Assembly: GCA_046045965.1 (NCBI GenBank)
Contig: JBJOKS010000002.1
Coordinates: forward strand, 1-64,000
DNA length: 64,000 bases
Reading direction: 5' to 3'
From: Cyanobacteriota bacterium
Lineage (GTDB): Bacteria > Cyanobacteriota > Cyanobacteriia > Cyanobacteriales > Nostocaceae
In this document: positions 59,031 through 64,000 of the stretch, one piece after another
Layout of the letters: the number at the start of each line of letters is the position of its first letter
Numbering within the stretch: position 1 is the first letter of the stretch
Program-made: the position numbers and the translations under genes
Notes under the pieces: generated by a model
Told to the model about the DNA's origin: nothing
Seen by the model: only the letters and a program-made list of their open reading frames with translations
Database searches by the model: none

Positions 59031-60611
59031 TTGGTAGCAATAAATATGAGTTTTTCCAGCACAGCCATAGAGCAGCGAGAAAAAGAATTAAAGACACTGA
59101 CAACCTTTTTGACTTATAGCTTGATTGGCTCTTTGGCTATACATATTGGGTTGCTGGCTTCTGGTATTGGTAGTCTACTTACAAAAGTACCAGAAGAAGA
59201 ACCAGTGGAAATCACTTTTGTTGAGACTCCACCGGAAGAAGACATAAAACCAATAGAAGCACCGGAAGAGGAAATAAAACCTAAAGTTGTTGATAATTCG
59301 CGGATTTTCACAAGTTCGAGTAATTCTCATACCTCTCCAACGATATTTGTGCCGCAACCACAAAAAAGTGCAGTGGTTTCAGCGCCACCTCCTGTCATTC
59401 AAAAACAGCAAGTGCAACCTCCTGTAGTTCCTGCTCCGAAAATAGAACCTCTCAAACCTTTACCTTCTATCACAAAGGAAACTGTATCACCTCAAAAAGT
59501 AGATACTCAGCCTCAAGCAGTTTCTCAGCCAAAAAATATCGTTACAAATACTGCTAGTCAACCCTTAACTACAGAGACATCTGCTGTTCCAACATCCTCA
59601 CAACCCAGTTCTGATTTAAGGAATGTGTTGGCAGGAATTAGAGATGGGAGAGCAAGTCAACAAGTTACACAATCATCTCCAGATACTTCCGGTGGTGGTG
59701 GAAATACGGGAGAGAAAACCACAGGAACACGCATTCCTCGTAGCTTTGACAATAGTGGCGGTGGGAATAATGAACCAGCAAATACTACCAAAGTTGCAAC
59801 AGCACCTACAACACCAAAAATAAATAACCCTAATACAAACTCTAATACAAACTCTAATACAAATTCTGGTAGCGGTAGTGGTCGTGCTGCTTGTCGGGAG
59901 TGTAATACAAATTATCCAGAGTGGGCAAGGAGAAGAGGAGTAGAGGGTAGAGTTGAAGTAGCTGTTGATACGGATGATAAAGGTAATGTTACTAAAGTCA
60001 GGTTGTTGAGATCCAGCGGTAACGAAAAATTAGATGCAGAACATTTAGAGCGAGCGCAAAAGTGGAAACTCAAACCCAGTGCAGAGGGTAGACAAGGTGT
60101 TAGTATTGGTACAGAATATGCGATCGCAGGTTCTCAACGACATCGCCAATTGCAAGAACGCAAGAAACAAAGAGAAACAGAACGAAGGAATAGTGCATCT
60201 ACCAACAACGCGAGTAATTCTGCCAGTGAAACACCAAGACGCAGAAGAAGATTGGTAACATCCGTTAGTGACAATATTCCTAGAGAAGCAAACACAGAAA
60301 CCAGAAAAATTCGCCGCAGAAGAAATGCAGCAGCATCAACTGTATCTACTTCTACTTCATCAACAGCTAGTAGACAGCGTTTGGGAGAAGCCCTCAGAAG
60401 AAGAAGAAGAAGAGAGCAAGCAGCAACTAATACTTCTGCATCTTCAGGACAAACAGCAAGAAGAAGACGAAGATGGGAAATAACCCCAGCTTCCTCAGTC
60501 AGTACCAATAGTAGCAGCAGTTCTCAACCTACCAGACGGCGGCGACGTTTGGAACAACCTACGCCTTCAGAGCAAAATCAACAACCATCACAATCAAGTG
60601 ATAGTAATTAG
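59031..60611 (+). CDS. tonB: TonB energy transducer with an Arg/Ser-rich C-terminal extension (likely start ATG 59046)
   Basis: TM helix SLAIH, Pro/Glu-rich spacer, TonB-C YPEWARRRGVEGRVEV...SSG; divergent from exbBD. Confidence 0.88.
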   Translation: MVAINMSFSSTAIEQREKELKTLTTFLTYSLIGSLAIHIGLLASGIGSLLTKVPEEEPVEITFVETPPEEDIKPIEAPEEEIKPKVVDNSRIFTSSSNSHTSPTIFVPQPQKSAVVSAPPPVIQKQQVQPPVVPAPKIEPLKPLPSITKETVSPQKVDTQPQAVSQPKNIVTNTASQPLTTETSAVPTSSQPSSDLRNVLAGIRDGRASQQVTQSSPDTSGGGGNTGEKTTGTRIPRSFDNSGGGNNEPANTTKVATAPTTPKINNPNTNSNTNSNTNSGSGSGRAACRECNTNYPEWARRRGVEGRVEVAVDTDDKGNVTKVRLLRSSGNEKLDAEHLERAQKWKLKPSAEGRQGVSIGTEYAIAGSQRHRQLQERKKQRETERRNSASTNNASNSASETPRRRRRLVTSVSDNIPREANTETRKIRRRRNAAASTVSTSTSSTASRQRLGEALRRRRRREQAATNTSASSGQTARRRRRWEITPASSVSTNSSSSSQPTRRRRRLEQPTPSEQNQQPSQSSDSN

Positions 60612-60643
60612 AAGGGGTGTGGTTAAAAGTAGTTGGTAATTGA

Positions 60644-60686
60644 GCGATGACCCTCCCGCGCGGGCTTCGCCCGCCGTAGGCATCGC
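60644..60686. repeat. Small structured repeat with HIP1-like ends (GCGATG...CATCGC)
   Basis: Outer 6-bp stem plus inner GCGGGC-TTC-GCCCGC hairpin; GC-rich patch in an AT-rich spacer. Confidence 0.6.
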
Positions 60687-61029
60687 CAATGGTTTATTGC
60701 GCTAATCAACCCACATTCTGCACTTCAAAAAGTAGTATAGTTAGTTTTTAAAAGCTATTTCAACAACAATATTTAATGTGTGTAATCAGTTATCAAAAAG
60801 ATAACCGATGACATCGTAAAACTAGAGAGAAAAACTAAGTTAATAAATAATATTTTTGACAAGTAGTAGGTAGAAATTGCAAGATATGACAACGCGACTC
60901 AGTATTTGTAGAGTTTATCCATGACTCTACCTATTTTATTTTTATCATCATTTAAATATAGTGATCCGATTTGATTTATGTCCGCGTAGCGTAGCATAAG
61001 CCATATTTTTCGTAGAGGCAAGGAACAGG

Positions 61030-61110
61030 GAACTCTGTTTATTATACAATTGGTTGACAGATTTTAAATGTCTGCCATCCATAATAAACGAAGTTCCCAT
61101 GTTACCTACC
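61030..61110 (-). pseudogene. IS200/IS605 tnpB-like internal fragment
   Basis: GNMGTSFIMDGRHLKSVNQLYNKQ resembles the segment after RuvC-I in cyanobacterial TnpB proteins; rest of the gene absent. Confidence 0.6.
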
Positions 61111-61247
61111 ATTGACGCTAAAATTAAACTTCCTTGGGTTGATGCTGGGGGGTGAGAATTTGTCAAATAGGCTTGACCTTTGATGCCTGAAGTTTTTCAC
61201 AATCTAAAATCTAAAATCCAAAATTGTAGATAAGCAGGAGTAGACAC

Positions 61248-62042
61248 TTGAAAAAGGCTGGGTTTCCAGGAAAACCGCAAAACTCATCATCAGGACCCGG
61301 TGATGATATTCCAGCGGCTTTACGCGATACTCCTGAGAGCGGGTCTAAGCTGCGCGTGCAACCGCTAGTTTTGGTGATTGGGGGATTAGTAGGATTTATG
61401 GTGATGGCTGTAGGTAGTGGTTTTTTATTTTTTCTGACAGCACCTAACAAAAATGCTGATTCTCAACCAAAACCAGCTAGTTCTATACCAGCAGCAACTA
61501 ATACCCCAGCTAATAATAATGATACGGTTTTGGGACATCTAGCATATCCAGAAGCACCAGAATCAGAACTTTTACCAATTACCGCCGATGGCCGGATCAA
61601 AATGCGACAAGCAGCCGCCCAAAGGTTTCAGCAAATGGCACAAGCAGCCAGAAGCGCAGGTGTAATTTTAGTGCCAATTTCTGGTTTTCGTTCAGTGAAA
61701 GAACAGGAACAGTTGTTTTTTACTATTGGCGCTCAACGAAATCAAACCCCCGCCCAAAGAGCCGCCCTCAGCGCCCCTCCTGGTCATAGCGAACATCATA
61801 CAGGCTATGCAGTAGATATAGGAGATGGAGCAGTACCAGCAACTAACCTACAAGCTAATTTTGAGAATACAAAGGCTTTTGTATGGATGCAAGCTAACGC
61901 AGCCCGGTTTGGTTTTGAATTGTCTTTTCCCAGGGATAACGCTCAAGGTGTGAGTTATGAACCTTGGCATTGGCGTTTTGTAGGCGATCGCAACAGCTTA
62001 GAAACATTCTACAAAGCCAGAAATATCAAACCTGTACAGTGA
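61248..62042 (+). CDS. D-alanyl-D-alanine carboxypeptidase (VanY/M15B)
   Basis: SGFRS, SAPPGHSEHHTGYAVD and YEPWHWRF; N-terminal TM anchor. Confidence 0.92.
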   Translation: MKKAGFPGKPQNSSSGPGDDIPAALRDTPESGSKLRVQPLVLVIGGLVGFMVMAVGSGFLFFLTAPNKNADSQPKPASSIPAATNTPANNNDTVLGHLAYPEAPESELLPITADGRIKMRQAAAQRFQQMAQAARSAGVILVPISGFRSVKEQEQLFFTIGAQRNQTPAQRAALSAPPGHSEHHTGYAVDIGDGAVPATNLQANFENTKAFVWMQANAARFGFELSFPRDNAQGVSYEPWHWRFVGDRNSLETFYKARNIKPVQ

Positions 62043-62155
62043 CTGGGGACTGGGGACTGGGGACTGGGCATTGGTAAAAATCTTTTCTTCCCCTGCCTCC
62101 CCTGCCTCCCCTGCCTCCCCTGCTCCCTGCTACCTGCTACCTGCTCCCTGCTCCA
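62041..62155 (+). repeat. (GACTGGG)4 STRR1-type array followed by CCCCTGCCT/CCTGCT[A/C] repeats
   Basis: Read directly between convergent genes; reverse complement is a permutation of CCCCAGT. Confidence 0.9.
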
Positions 62156-62157
62156 TC

Positions 62158-63978
62158 TCATCTGCCACCTGTCACCTGTTTCTGATACTTCCCTGGATAC
62201 TTGCGGGCAAAATAATCCTCCATAATTTCCAGGATCATGGGTGCTGCAACACTACCGCCACCACCCCCGGAATGTTCACCAAAAGCCACAACTAAAATTT
62301 CTGGTTTATCATTATCTGGTGCATAAGCGCCAAACCAAGCGTGATTTTGTTTAGCTCTACCCTTCCAAGCTTCCGCTGTCCCACTCTTACCAGCTACAGG
62401 GGGAAGAGTTGGTTTATTCAAAACTTTACCTGTACCTTCAGATATTACTTTCCGCAAGCCATCACGAAGGATTTTGATAGTTATCGGCTTCATATTTAAA
62501 GATTCGCGCCACTTTTTTGCATCGCCATTGTCTTTAAGCAAATGTGGTTGCACCCGATATCCACCATTAGCTGGTACAGCAAACATCACAGCCACTTGTA
62601 AAGGTGTAGTTTGTAAAGCACCTTGACCAATAGTCATATTAATAGTATCGCCTATAGTCCAAGGCATTTTCCAGGCTTTGCGTTTCCAGGTGTCATCGGG
62701 AACTAAACCTTTTGCTTCTTCTGTGGAAAAATCAAAGCCAGTTTTTTCACCAAAGCCATACTTACGAGTCCATTCAATTAAAGCAGGTCCACCTATACCT
62801 TTACCAATTTGATAAAAGAAAGTATCACTACTCCACTGCATAGCCCCAACAAAACCCAAGGGACCAAATCCTGCATGATTCCATTCACCAAATCTTGTGC
62901 CACCAATTGTTAAAGAACCATAGGTTTGTAGCACTACGTTAGGAGAAAACTTACCTGATTCTATGCCCGCTGTCGTGGTAACAATTTTAAATGTACTAGC
63001 TGGAGGAAAAGCACTTAAAGCCCGATTCACCAAAGGATGTTCAGCACCTTGGACGCTTTCCCAGTCTTTTTGAGAGAGTTTTTGCTTAGAAAAAATATTC
63101 GGGTCAAAGGTGGGATGGGATACCATCGCTAAAACTTCACCGTTGTTAGGGTTGAGTGCGATGATTGACCCATTGCGTTTACCTAAAGCTTTTTCCGCTG
63201 CTTTTTGGATGTCTAAATCTATAGTCAAGTGTAAATCATTACCAGGTTTTGCCTGTTTTTCTCCCAATACCCGCAGTGGTCTACCAGCACCATCCACTTC
63301 TACTTGCTGACCTCCCCATTCACCCCGCAGGGTTTTTTCATAGGCTTTTTCCACACCCATTTGGCCAATGACATCACCAAGACGATAGCCTTCAGATTTG
63401 CGTTTTTTTAACTGTTCTGCTGTTAGTTCACGGGTATAGCCGAGTATATGGGCTAATTGCCTACCATCTGGATAATAACGTACTGCTTCTGTATTGATTT
63501 CTACATTTGGTAATTCGGTTTCATATTCTTTTAAGGCTGTAACTTGGGCTTCATTTAAATCACGAGCAATGCGAATCAGAGAAGAAGAATTAGCCCCTGC
63601 TTGTTCTAGTTTCTTTTCCATCTCCTCTTGCGGAATATCGAGGATTTGGGATAGACGCGGACCGACAACAGACCATGAGGGCTTAGTATGTGCCATTGGC
63701 CACAAATGAACAGAGCGCGGATAACGAGTAGTAGCTAACAATTTGCCATTCCGGTCAAAAATGTTGCCTCTTTCCGGTTGTTTGGGAATCATGCGAATCC
63801 GGTTAGACTCTGCGCGTTGCCGCAGTTTGGGACCTTCAATAATTTGCAAATAGGCTAAACGAGCGCCTATTCCAGAAGTCATCAGCAAAGTGAATAGGAT
63901 TAAAAATAGCGACTGGGAACCACGCCCAACCGTGCGTGTATTTTTTTGATTACTAAGTAATGGTGGTAATATAGCCAT
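62158..63978 (-). CDS. mrdA: Penicillin-binding protein 2
   Basis: RGNIFDRNG, PASTFK (SxxK), SSD and KSGTAE; N-terminal TM. Confidence 0.93.
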   Translation of the reverse strand: MAILPPLLSNQKNTRTVGRGSQSLFLILFTLLMTSGIGARLAYLQIIEGPKLRQRAESNRIRMIPKQPERGNIFDRNGKLLATTRYPRSVHLWPMAHTKPSWSVVGPRLSQILDIPQEEMEKKLEQAGANSSSLIRIARDLNEAQVTALKEYETELPNVEINTEAVRYYPDGRQLAHILGYTRELTAEQLKKRKSEGYRLGDVIGQMGVEKAYEKTLRGEWGGQQVEVDGAGRPLRVLGEKQAKPGNDLHLTIDLDIQKAAEKALGKRNGSIIALNPNNGEVLAMVSHPTFDPNIFSKQKLSQKDWESVQGAEHPLVNRALSAFPPASTFKIVTTTAGIESGKFSPNVVLQTYGSLTIGGTRFGEWNHAGFGPLGFVGAMQWSSDTFFYQIGKGIGGPALIEWTRKYGFGEKTGFDFSTEEAKGLVPDDTWKRKAWKMPWTIGDTINMTIGQGALQTTPLQVAVMFAVPANGGYRVQPHLLKDNGDAKKWRESLNMKPITIKILRDGLRKVISEGTGKVLNKPTLPPVAGKSGTAEAWKGRAKQNHAWFGAYAPDNDKPEILVVAFGEHSGGGGGSVAAPMILEIMEDYFARKYPGKYQKQVTGGR

Positions 63979-64000
63979 AAGATTAATAAGGAAGTATGAA

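Noticed and set aside
62071..62295. 74-aa ORF with PASPASPAS
   Set aside because: Derived from intergenic repeats and antisense to the end of mrdA

Overview
AT-rich DNA from a filamentous, probably Nostocales, cyanobacterium (many HIP1 GCGATCGC sites, heptamer STRR arrays, AMIN-domain TonB-dependent receptor). About 57 kb (3968-60611) is a self-contained iron-acquisition island built around a lipopeptide siderophore-type NRPS/PKS line: FAAL-ACP-C-A(Ser)-T / KS-AT-KR-ACP / luciferase-like monooxygenase / C-A(Ser)-T-C / TauD-type beta-hydroxylase / Interface-A(Asp)-T-E / C-A(Orn)-T / C-A(Gln)-T-E / C-A(Lys or Arg)-T-R. It is followed by a class-III aminotransferase, a JmjC hydroxylase, an MFS exporter, FetAB, an Ntn-hydrolase acylase, FecCDE-type ABC genes, ExbBD and TonB. 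A double-AMIN TBDT, binding protein, DUF1636 gene and heterodimeric ABC pair are transcribed divergently. The predicted product has reductive release, only one canonical chelating residue and extra oxygenases, and matches no compound I recognise. The island edges carry a DUF29 pseudogene, a MITE-like element and a tnpB-like relic. The TauD start region is duplicated, and small repeats sit in frame inside NRPS/PKS genes. Flanks: chrA (partial), methyltransferase, GPH symporter and PRTase on the left; D,D-carboxypeptidase and mrdA on the right. All calls come from reading motifs by eye; no searches were run.
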